A DNA stretch of 20,000 nt from Hydrurus foetidus (taxonomy: Eukaryota): assembly GCA_900617105.1 (NCBI GenBank), contig UYFQ01000287.1, forward strand, positions 51,925 to 71,924. Direction: 5' to 3'. The translations under genes were made by a program, and so were the position numbers. The notes below the pieces were generated by a model. That model was not told the DNA's origin, did no database searches, and was given only the letters and a program-made list of their open reading frames with translations. Below are positions 10,061-20,000 of the stretch, piece after piece (position 1 is the first letter of the stretch; each line of letters opens with the position of its first letter).

Positions 10061-13000
10061 TGTATGTACGTATGTATGTATGTATGTATATATGTATGTA
10101 TGCATGTACGCATGTATGTATGTACGTATGTGTGTACACGTGTATGCATGTATGTATGCATGTATGTATGTGTGTATGTACACATGTATGTATGTACGCA
10201 TGTATGTATGTACGTATGTGTGTACACGTGTATGTATGTGTGTAGGTATGTGTCTAGAAACATCTGCATATTTTTCCACGATGTGAATAAATCAGAAGGC
10301 AGAGGTGTGTTCTCCTCGTCTCCCTCTCCTCGCACCTGTTCTCCAATATTGATGAGAACGTGTCGTATCTCGGAGGCCCCTATGAAGTTGTTCTTGTCCA
10401 AGTCAAACGCTTTAAACGCCTCTAAGATCTCCTCATCAGTGAACTTCCCCGCAGGGTCTCTTGGCGGCTGTGCGCCCTGATTGTTTCCGGTATACACGGC
10501 CACCTGATTCTTCGCTGGAGACCGATCCTCATAGCCGGTGATAGCGTTTGAAGTGGGTCTCTCGAATTTAGCCGATATGGAAATCTTCCCCACTGCTTTT
10601 GATGCCTTGTCCTCCAGGTCGATGTCACCGTCAAACTGACCGTTGGCTATCCACTCCATTATGCTCACTTTACATCTGCCCATGAATTTGTCATTCCCGA
10701 CAGTTTCTTTGTCCAACACCTCTATTGACATTTCCCTTCCCATTCATCAGGCGTAAAAAGAGTCAATCAGACCAAACAGTACACACGCATTCTTCCTCAA
10801 CGTGCAGTACACGCAATGACCTCGCATACCTCTCATTAGAAATATCGAAAACGAACTCTTCGTTCCAAATCGGATTCTTCCCACCGGCAGGATTGGGTCT
10901 CGTACTGAATTCTTGGACTCCTACGATCAGTCTCGCGTATGGATCAGCCTTACCGAACATCCCTGTATCGTTTCGTTGAGAACAGAGGAGGTCATCATGT
11001 GAATTATGCACACTGAGAACTCCAGTTTATTTTAATACTGCTCAATAACAACTGAAGCAACACTTGTCGATACCATCTCGTCATCAGCGCATCACATTTG
11101 ATGTAGTGCACGCGGCGCTCAAGATGACGTTAGGATACGGCATTCTCTCCTCACCTTGACCTGCCTTCAACTCGAGACCCCGTAGACATTTAACCTTAAG
11201 TCTGCCAAATCGAGCGGGAGTAGCCGGAGTTGTTGGTGCAGTCAGTTGCAGAGGAGCTGAGAGTGGAGGAGGAGGGGCTCGGGGGGGCGGGGCGACTTGG
11301 CCGGCCCGGGTCGGTCTGGGGGGCGGACCGGAGGGAGGGGGGCCTCTAGGAAGCGTTTTAACTTAATGTTAAGCGCTCTACGCTGCACTTTGGCACGCTA
11401 TGAGATGATACCCCACATGATGATGATAGAAAGTGAGATGAAGGGCGCCTCACCTAGGCAGCGATCCTGGAGGTCCTCTGGGAGGAGGTATCCCTCTGGG
11501 GGGAGGATTCCCGGACCCTTGATTCGCAGGTCCCGTCCCTTGGGGGCTAAATGCTGCTCGAGGGGGCGGACCGCCTTCAGAACACAATTGAATATGAATA
11601 TGAAGATAATTATTAGGATCTTTATGTGAAAAATTCTTGTTCTGTTCTGTTCTGTTCTGTTCTGTTCTGTTCTGTTCTGTTCTGTTCTGTTCTGTTCTGT
11701 TCTGTTCTGTTAGACACAGATTGCATTGGGTCGAACTGGACTGCATTGCAGACTAAAAGCTGCAATCAAATCCGATCGAATCCAATCACTCGGGCAGCAA
11801 ATGTAATCATCACAGACGTCACTAATTGCTGTTGCATAGTTCATACCAGGCGGTGGTCCACTTCTGGGCGGTGCGACAGGAGGGCCACGGGGCGGAGGTC
11901 CCCGGGGAGGCGGACCTGATATTTGTCCGGTACCCATTCTGGGGGGAGCATTATTGGTAGATGGCGGACCATGAGGGGGACCTCGGGGTGGGGGGCCTGT
12001 CAGGGTAGGTGAAGTGAGGTGAGAGATGGTGAGGCGAGGTAAGATGAGGTACGGTGAGACAAGATGAGTCGAGGTAAGGCGAGGTGAGGTAAGGACAAGA
12101 AGAGATGGAGTGACTGAAATGACTGTCGTCACTAAAAAGCGCTATTCTAGTTCTGAATCGCAAAAAATGAGATTTGATAGCACAGCAAATCTGACAGGAG
12201 CAGAATACTGCATGATGACGCTAAACAGTTATGCTCATCGAGAGGGTGCGGACAGTTGTCTCTGTGACGATACAGCATCTTCTTTTCTTTTCTTTTCTTT
12301 TCTTTTCTTTTCTTTTCTTTTCTTTTCTTTTCTTTTCTTTTCTTTTCTTTTCTTTTCTTTTCGTTTCGGTTCTTTTCTCCTCTCTACTCTATTCATCTGA
12401 TGTGATCAATTCAAATTTAATTCAGTTTGCACTGTGACTTACCTCTCGGTCCTGTCAGTCCTCCAGGTGGGGGACCCCGAGGGGAGGGAGCTGGAGCACC
12501 CCCAGGGGGAGGACCGGCCCTGGGCGGGGGTCCTCTTTGTGGCGCCTCTGACGCGTGTGCGTGTGCATTGGTAAGAAGCTGTGAGAAGTAGTTCAGTCGC
12601 CAACATGGCCATCATTCTCACGTGAAGGCTCAGGTGAAGATGAGCTGCCTGGGTAATAGTGACGGTCATAGAGTTCAATTCTATCTCTCACCTGGTGTAG
12701 ATGGTGCACCAGGTGTTCCCCTAGGGGGCGGGCCTCTAGGAGGAGGGCCTCTTGGACCCGGACCTGGACTTTGAATCTGACCCGGACCAGAAGGACCTCC
12801 TGTACGTCATCGCCATATTCAAACTGTGAAAAAGAAGCGCAATAGCAACTGCAAATACTGATGTAACTTTTGTTCACCTGGTCCTCCAACTTGAGGTGGA
12901 GGGCCCCTGGGTGGAGGCCCACGAGGAGGTGGGCCACCAGAGGGGGGTCCAGGTCCCGGCCCTCCAGGAGGAGGACCGCCCGATGGAGGACCTCTAGGCG

Positions 13001-13238
13001 GAGCGCCTGGGTAGATATAGATAGGAAGTTAATTAGATATCGAAGATCATACATGAGATGTAATCTTCGACATGCTGCATTCCATTAAATGCGTTCCATG
13101 CCCTTAAATGTAGTATACAGCGCTGTTCCACATGATGCTGTGAAATGGTCAGTATTGACAGTAAATCACAGTACGCAGTAAGAGGGAATATGCGAAGAAC
13201 AATCTGGCTACTGACACACCGGTTGCACGAGGTATCAT
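7354..13238 (-). CDS. Pro/Gly-rich + C2 domain + six EF-hand calcium-binding protein (~690 aa); exons 13238-13220 (tentative), 13006-12878, 12799-12692, 12547-12443, 11996-11847, 11574-11454, 11345-11155, 10962-10830, 10735-10336, 9653-9579, 9221-8995, 8745-8619, 8293-8111, 7458-7354
   Basis: All junction phases are consistent (2073 nt total). C2 domain: GRLKVKCLRGLELKAGQGMFGKADPY...GGKNPIWNEEFVF...IEVLDKETVGNDKFMGRCKVSI. Calmodulin-like EF pair: [12 protein letters not shown] and DKAGDGQVSWEE. Four more EF loops: DRDKSGLLDYAD, DYDKTGHVDARE, DEEGNGVITKAE (after EDKLKFAFMIF, calcineurin-B-like) and DKDGDGVITFDE. The first exon and start codon are low confidence. Confidence 0.88.
7899..8000. 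repeat. (CAGT)20 microsatellite followed by (CTGT)5, intronic
   Basis: Directly visible tandem tetramers inside intron 8110-7459 of the C2/EF-hand gene. Confidence 0.97.
9904..10252. repeat. Long imperfect (TATG)n microsatellite, intronic
   Basis: ~350 bp of TATG with TACG/CATG/TGTG variants inside intron 10335-9654. Confidence 0.97.
11641..11710. repeat. (TCTGT)14 pentanucleotide microsatellite, intronic
   Basis: Perfect tandem pentamers inside intron 11846-11575. Confidence 0.97.
12004..12095. repeat. Degenerate (GTGAG)n pentamer tract, intronic; pyrimidine-rich on the transcribed strand just before an acceptor
   Basis: gtgaagtgaggtgagagatggtgaggcgaggtaagatgag... lies next to the acceptor at 11997-11999. 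Confidence 0.7.
12281..12362. repeat. (TCTTT)16 pentanucleotide microsatellite, intronic
   Basis: Perfect tandem pentamers inside intron 12442-11997. Confidence 0.97.
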
Positions 13239-14120
13239 CAATCGAGAGAACCATCAATCGAGGTATGCATCCTGTACACATTGGCAGTCGATCGCATGTT
13301 AGAGTTGAAGATATCGGTATGAGCATTTACTGTTACGCGTTACATCAACTTAGAAACAGCTCAATGTGTACGAGAACGGTGACAAGGTCGAAGTTTTCTC
13401 TGAAGCAAGCTGCATACATTAAGCTATTTATTAGCGATTCTCTACTTTAGCACTCTGGTTGTCAAACGACTTGTTCTGTGGAGATATCAACGAAATTCCA
13501 CCTTTTTCTCAAGAGGCACTAGCATGCAAAATTATCAAGGTTGACATGACTGTAGATTATAAACAGAGGATGTAGCTGCATGTCAATGGTTGTCAGACAA
13601 TTAAAGTTGACTGAGTGCGACACATGATGCTGTGGCTTCATGGACGCAGCTATCCTGATTCTATACAATATGTCTGCTGACAAGAACATGACTATCGATA
13701 CATTTCGCAGCACATAAACTCCCGTCGCACTGGCGAAATGAGGCAGAAGCTCCTTCTCATTCACTTACCGACACGGAGAGATCAATCTAGGATGTTCCTC
13801 TGTAATGAGAGAGAATTTAGCACAAGAGCGAAGGGCACCTCGATTCGACTCGATTGTGGAAGCGACTCAAACTGAAGGAATTCACGAACACGGATTTTCT
13901 CGAAAATTGTATGCGTGTCACTCAATGGTGAAACCGACAGAGGATCTTCGCAAAAATACAGTACCGAAGTGAAAAATCAGTCAGAATGTGAGGAACGGCT
14001 AGAAATTTCTGCGTTAAAATGAATACGCACCCGTAGCGATGAGCGACAATAATCGCGTGAAGTTGTTACTGCTCCCACACACGGAGCAATTGCTGTCCAG
14101 CACGATATTTTTGTTACAGT

Positions 14121-15708
14121 TTATATGTCACCGAAATCAATATTCATGACAACAAAATCATTGGAAGATTGTCTTCCATCAAAGCCTCCAAAGGTAAGCA
14201 GGGTATTTCCAGTGACGCATGCGCCATGATTGAAGATGTGCTTCGGAGCCTTCTTACTGGTCCGCACAGGTGCATACCATGCCATTTTCTTGATGTCCAG
14301 AACATGCAAAGAATGCGCTTTATTATCCTTTATTTCGTCACTGCTTTGACAACCCCCTCTACCCCATCCACCAAAAATGATAATTTTACCGTTTTGTATG
14401 AGCTGTGCGGTGTGTCCGTATCTTCCAGTGGGACTCGAACCTTCGACTCTAGGTCGGGCCCAGACCATAGTGTCAGTGTCTAGAACCCGTAAATCGTCAT
14501 TGTACCTAATGATTTGGAGGGAAGCAATTAGTAATATTCTATTATTGACAACGCGCCCTGGTTCTAAACAATCTCGACCACAGTGGAAGAGAATCATAAA
14601 GAGTAATAAGTATCTATGAAATGTAACCACTCACTGCGGTAAGCCTATGGTGTCTTTAGGAATTGTGCACCCGCCAAAAACTAGAAGTCTACCATCGGGT
14701 GTCAGCGTTAATGTATGTCCATATCTTGGTGTTGGAGTGAATCCTTGGAGTGGTCAGTTAATTGAAAGAAGAGAGAAGTAAACAAAGTCAGTAGCTGAAA
14801 GTGAGGCTGAGGCTGCCTCAACTACTTTCATGCACAGTCAGTCAGTTTATCTCGCCTGATGCGAGATGGTACCCTACTGAAGTAAGAATTAATTCATTTA
14901 AAATGGCACTGAACACTACTGCTGTCATTGCAACCAATCACACCAAGTACATATAGGTCAATCAAGGTATCATGCATTGAAAGATCAGTCAAATTGAAAG
15001 GTCAATCAAGGTATGCGGTCATAAAAAATATCACTAAGTCCTCTAAATAGAAATTTGCCATCAGTGGTACCTGATGTTCTCGGCTGCATCCACGCGAATG
15101 AGTCACTATTGAATATCCAAATATCACCCAAAGTATCTGTTTCATTCCAACCACCATGTACGACAATTTTTCGGCCAACGACTTCAGACGCATGAAAAAA
15201 TCTGTAATGATCATAATTAGAATTGAAGTTCATTATCGTCTAGTCTCATCAAAAAAGTGAGATCATAATCGACTCCCAAGAGCAGATGCGAGGAAAGTCG
15301 TCGACACCTTGGGCATGGTCCAGGTGAAACTGTGTTCACCGGAACCCAAATCCATTCTATTAAATCCAAAAAATGAATATCATTGTATAGAGCACCATTA
15401 GGACCTTTACCGCCGATAATGAACATTCTAGATCCGAGAATATGAGCAGTATGGCCATATCTAGGACCCGGCAACTGTCCAGAACATTTCATGAGGTGCC
15501 ACTGGAGCTGATCAACATTCAGCAGCCATGTCTCATCAGAATAGCCAAATTTATTCTCAACAGCTAGCCAGTGTCCACCAAATGACACCATTTTGCTGTC
15601 AGCGAAGACCACGCTAGCTCCGCCTCTGCTACATGGCAGTTTCCCAGCAAGTATGAGAGGTTTGTTGCTTGTGTACGTCATACCCCCACTTTCATCATGA
15701 GATGCCAT
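14121..15708 (-). CDS. Kelch-repeat beta-propeller protein (341 aa, six blades; RABEPK/KLHDC-like); exons 15708-15308, 15201-15071, 14743-14635, 14505-14121
   Basis: Six kelch units with P..R.GH...GG signatures: PCSRGGAS..FGG, PGPRYGHT..IGG, PCPRFFHA..HGG, PTPRYGHT..FGG, PTGRYGHT..FGG and HIFNHGA..FGG. Introns are in phases 2,1,2 and the total is 1026 nt. Confidence 0.9.
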
Positions 15709-16596
15709 ATCAACCCAATTTAGAATCGATGATGGTAAATCAATCAGATCCCGTGATGAAGTTGAGGAACAATGAATCTCCACAATTTGAAGTGCATTCT
15801 CAGTTTGAACGACGTAGCTTTCATGAAATCAACCCGCTTATCGCTTATATCTCTCTTTGTCCCTCGTTTTCTCTCTGTGAGTAGACTGTATGCTCCTACA
15901 CTGTGTAACGGTCAGTCCCTTTGGGGACCCAGTTCGAGTTCACACCACTCGCTTACTTTGCTCACATCAAGATCAAATAGTTTTCTTAGTTCATTGCGCT
16001 AATTTGTGAGATAGTGAAATCTCACAAAAAATACAACATAACTGATGTTGGACATGCAAACTAATACAGTCAAGTAACCTGACAGCTTTTCGCCGTGGCA
16101 TCTCTCATTGAATTAGACATGTCTCCTAAGATTTTATTGAAGGATAATCATAAATCCCACTCTTTCATCGCTGATTACAAGAATTTTGGTTATCGATAGA
16201 TTTCTGATTTATAAAAGGAGATCGAGCGATCGTTGTTGCTGTCCATCAGATTTTCAAGTCACACATCTAATCGCAATATTTGAGAACATCGCAATTGTGA
16301 TAGGTTTGAATCAGTTCGGAAGTGAAATGACTGACATCATATGATGTCCGATCCGCACGTATCAACGTACATACACGTGACGAGTTGTGATCATTCCGAT
16401 GAAGATCTGTGATGGAGAGTTGATGGACTCTGTAATTCGCTTCAGAAACGGGTCTAATCGGGAATTGTTACGGTACAAAATCTGAACAATTGCTAATTAC
16501 ACGGAAAGTTTATAATGACAGAAAAAAAAAGAAATCGAACGGTATTAATCGATGATTGAGAAGGACGTAATGTGATGCACTTGAGTTTCGTACATT

Positions 16597-19500
16597 TTAA
16601 TACCCTCCATCCCCTCTGCCTCCGCTACTGAAGGAAGAAGAGGAGCCTCTACCTCTCCCCTCTCCTCTCCCACCTCCTCTTCCTCTCCCTCTACCGTCAC
16701 CCCTTCCGAATAACCTACCTCCTCCTCCGCCCCTTCCGAAAGACCCCCCTCTCCCACTACTCCTACCACTGGAGCCTCTGCCCGCCCCAGCCCCTCTACT
16801 GAATGAACTACTAAAAGATCGATTTTCTCTAGTTTCTCTGCTAACGGGATTTTCTCCCTCATTGAACTTCGATCCGCCTGTGCTGGGAGTCGAACCCCCA
16901 ACCATTCTCTCTCCGCCCCCTCCCGTGCCTCTCTGTTTCATGCCCTCCATGTCCAGCTTGAGAGCGCGACCCATCACACTTATTCCTGTGAAGTGATGTT
17001 GAAGTCGAGACTGAGTGGTGGGGAAGTGAGTGTTGTGTCTCATGTGGCGTAATGACGGCGTGCATTATCAAGTGACACAGTATGTAATGAGGTGCTATGC
17101 TGCATAATGACATGAGGCTCACAGAGTGTTGCAAACTTCATGACATGGCATGACATCTAATTACGTCATGTCATATAAATTGACCAGACGATGAGGATAT
17201 CGGTGTTATAAGATCAGTTCATTTTAGCTTTTAAGCAGCAGCGGAGGCTCATGTCGTTCTATCTATCTCACACACAGATGTTGTCTGGATCATGCATGAT
17301 GCGGTGTGGTGTCAAATCAGTAGAGGGGAATTCAGCATCTCTTCCGAGTTCCGTTTACTAGTCAGTGAAGCATCAAACAACCACTAGAACATAAAAAACA
17401 ATCACGTTTGCTCTCTATTCGACATGCGCTGGAGCGTAAGTAAAAGAATATCTTTTCCATACTGTGTTTACCTTGAAGCTCTCTGACGGCTCTCTCGGCA
17501 GAAGGTACATCAACGAAATCTACGAATGCGTATCCCTTCTTTCTGCCCGTGTCTTGCTCTTCCGCCAGCCTCACATCTGCTACACACCCAGCACCTTCAG
17601 CCATGGTGGTCTCGATGGAGTAGCGGAGAGATTCCTCTGTCACCTGCAGGAGAGGAGGGGAGAGGAGTAGAGAGAAGTAAGTGAGCATTAGTACGTGTGA
17701 AGTAATGTGAGGGAAAGAAAAAGAGAAATAGAGGGACGAAGGAGGGCAGTAAGAGGAAATGCAACAAAGACTAATTCATTTTAGAGCTGCATCTAGAGTG
17801 AAGCTCACTGCCGATTATAGTCGTTCACCCATCAATGGATCACACAGAGGGGTATACCGTACCTTGTATGCCAAGTTACCGACATATACGGTGCACCAGG
17901 ATCCGTCTGCTGACGGCTTTGAGCCTGAGGGGAAACATTCATGCGTTACTTACATCTCCATATAGACTCAGTGATAGTGCCGACATAGTAATATCCAATA
18001 ATCGAACTAATTTACATTATATGAACAGAGGCATAGCGAATACTGTGTATGCATATTGGAGTAGTGTTGCGCAGTGTCAGAGTCAGTGTCAGCAGTAGTA
18101 CCTGTGCCGTCTGTGGCCGCCTTGGGGTTACTGTAAGTGGTGTCGGTGGGCTCCACTCCACCCGCCCACACCCTCCTTCCTCTCGCGCTGCTGTCTCCCC
18201 TGTTGCACCATGACATGATCAGTTTAGCGTGATGGATTATAGTGTGATATTCGATGATGCGGTATTTGACTTCTAAGAGCCAGCAGTGGTTTTATTTTTT
18301 TTCCAGAGATTTTCCAGAGTTTTACAAGAAAGATATGACATCTCTCGGAATCCAGATACCGTATTGGTACCAGTAATTCAGAAACTGAAAAATGGAACTA
18401 AAGGAAGAATGATGTACAAAAGATAAGACAAGACAAGAAAGACAGAAAGAGTTCTAGGGACGCACCAGTCTCGTGGAGCTGCTGCCTGCTCGTACTCTCC
18501 CACTCTCTTCTTCATGTCCACTCTAATCTCACGACCCTCCACTCGCACCCCCTAGCAATCCATCCATCACATATGCATTAGAGATCACTTTAAAACACAT
18601 CACATCTTTCTCGTATTTAGAGATGCACTCAAGAAATCACATTTTCTTCTGACTGCTGTGGAATTTAGGTCCAAGTACCTCCAAGGAGGTCAGTGCCTTC
18701 TGCGCCTGTTCGGGAGTGAAGAAATCCACGTGTGCGAAGCCCTGTAAGGGATGAGTGATGGATGGATGGTGAATGTTATACTGCGAAAGAGAGTGCAATT
18801 GTGCAAGCGGCAGTGCAGTGTGATATGGTGTGATGACTTTTCTGAGATTTCGATTTACTTCTGAGAGTGAATGCGATCAATGAGGATAGCTGATGCAATT
18901 ATTCACGTGTACGCAGCTTAAGAACAAAGCAGTGTCGGATAAGGTGTTGCATGGAAAAGCGTACTTTGGATCTGCCGCTGTCCTGGTCGGTGCTCAGCCT
19001 CACACTCGCTAGCACCCCGAATCCAAGACGCCTCTCAAGCACCGAAGCCAGTCTGCAATGAGTACGCACATCTTGCCCGATTAGAAAACAGATCGCTTTA
19101 ACGGACAGTAGTGAGTTTGCGGTGCAATGCAATGCCATGCCATGCCATCAGAATTATCATATCTGTGACCTCGTTGTTCTGCAGCGTTTGACAGACAGAA
19201 GTATTCTCCATGCCTCATGGCATAGCCTAACTACATCACTAAATTCCCTGACGACATCTATGAGTCACATCGTACACTCGTCATACACCAGGCCTCGACT
19301 GCAACTAAACAGAAACACGTACGATACATGCAACTACCTCATGTTGTCTACACTGAAGGCTAAGTTGCCCACAAAGAGCGTTGATCCCTCTGGTGCCCTC
19401 CATCCCTTGGGGGATTTCCCGCTATACGGCATAGCTTCCATGGGGACTCTGTCCCCTAAAGGGACGAGGACTATACGGTTTTCTGTGATGGTGATGGCTC

Positions 19501-19976
19501 CTTCTCTGAGTGCGTTAGTGTGTGTGTGTGCGTGTGTATGTGTGTGTGTAGGGGGGGGAGGGGGAAGTTAGAATGTGTCTGTGTGGGGAGCGTATGTATA
19601 GATGTGCGTGTGTGCGTAAATATTGATACTCTCAGATGAAGTGAAGGTGAAGTAGTGCAGAGCGATGACAATATGTCTGGAAACAAATTAAGCAAAGTGA
19701 GTTCCAAGACAGAGGAAGAAACAAGACAACATTAGGGTAGCGGCATTGGCGCACGTTACACCCCTTGCAATGAAATAGAACATAGTGATCAGCATAAAAT
19801 AATAACGAAGAGGCGAGATTCGAAGACTTTTCTGCTGTGATATCCACCTGAGGAGAGCTCCTACACCCGCTTTGAACTGTGCTTTACTGAGGCCTGGGAG
19901 AACTTTCCAAATGTCTTCAGGACTACTCTTGTCCCCTACAGGTAACTCATTGGAGGACTGCAGGGCAAGAAGAAGT
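16597..19976 (-). CDS. RNA-binding protein, 5' end outside window: CvfB-like winged helix + two RRMs + RGG tail; exons 19976-19848, 19505-19338, 19052-18965, 18741-18679, 18551-18466, 18199-18102, 17924-17863, 17643-17472, 16985-16597
   Basis: Eight phase-consistent GT-AG introns. RRM1 has LFVGNL and KGFAHVDF; RRM2 has VYVGNL and KGYAFVDF. The C-terminus is GRGG/GRGRG-rich. The upstream segment reads LPVGDKSSPEDIWKVLPGLSKAQFKAGVGALLREGAITITENRIVL. An alternative acceptor would start the first visible exon at 19957. Confidence 0.87.
19517..19548. repeat. Imperfect (GT)n dinucleotide repeat, intronic
   Basis: gtgtgtgtgtgtgcgtgtgtatgtgtgtgtgt inside intron 19847-19506. Confidence 0.85.
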
Positions 19977-20000
19977 CTACAGGATACGACATTGCACTGA

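Noticed and set aside
9839..10480. Several overlapping HTYI/MYVC-repeat ORFs
   Set aside because: Translations of the intronic (TATG)n microsatellite. The real exon ends at 10336.
16333..16348. Perfect 16-bp palindrome GACATCATATGATGTC
   Set aside because: About 0.3 such palindromes are expected by chance in 20 kb (20000/4^8), and no flanking element structure is present.
16597..17643. Nucleolin/GAR1-type call for the RRM-RGG protein
   Set aside because: The region upstream of the RRMs is a CvfB-like winged helix rather than acidic tracts, so no gene symbol was assigned.
1..20000. CRISPR arrays, tRNA/rRNA genes, transposons, prokaryotic operons
   Set aside because: No repeat-spacer arrays, recognisable structural RNAs, transposase/RT motifs or terminal repeats were seen. 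Spliced eukaryotic genes explain the window.

Overview
Eukaryotic nuclear DNA with GT-AG introns, most likely from a plastid-bearing stramenopile (inferred from a signal peptide + SMA|F + transit-like N-terminus on gene 1). Splicing by hand with phase checks gives six protein-coding genes: (1) a plastid-targeted, degenerate NAD(P)-binding Rossmann/atypical SDR-like protein (-, runs off the left edge); (2) 26S proteasome ATPase RPT3 (+); (3) an ELO fatty-acid elongase (-) whose last exon continues in frame for ~390 aa; (4) a 14-exon Pro/Gly-rich + C2 + six-EF-hand protein (-) with microsatellite-filled introns; (5) a kelch-repeat protein (-); (6) the 3' part of an RNA-binding protein (-, runs off the right edge). 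The two most interesting results are only visible after splicing. The elongase tail carries a split copy of a motif set I recall from uncharacterised bacterial/phage fibre-like proteins. The RNA-binding protein joins a bacterial CvfB-type winged helix to two RRMs and an RGG tail. Both domain calls come from motif recall and need an HMM search.
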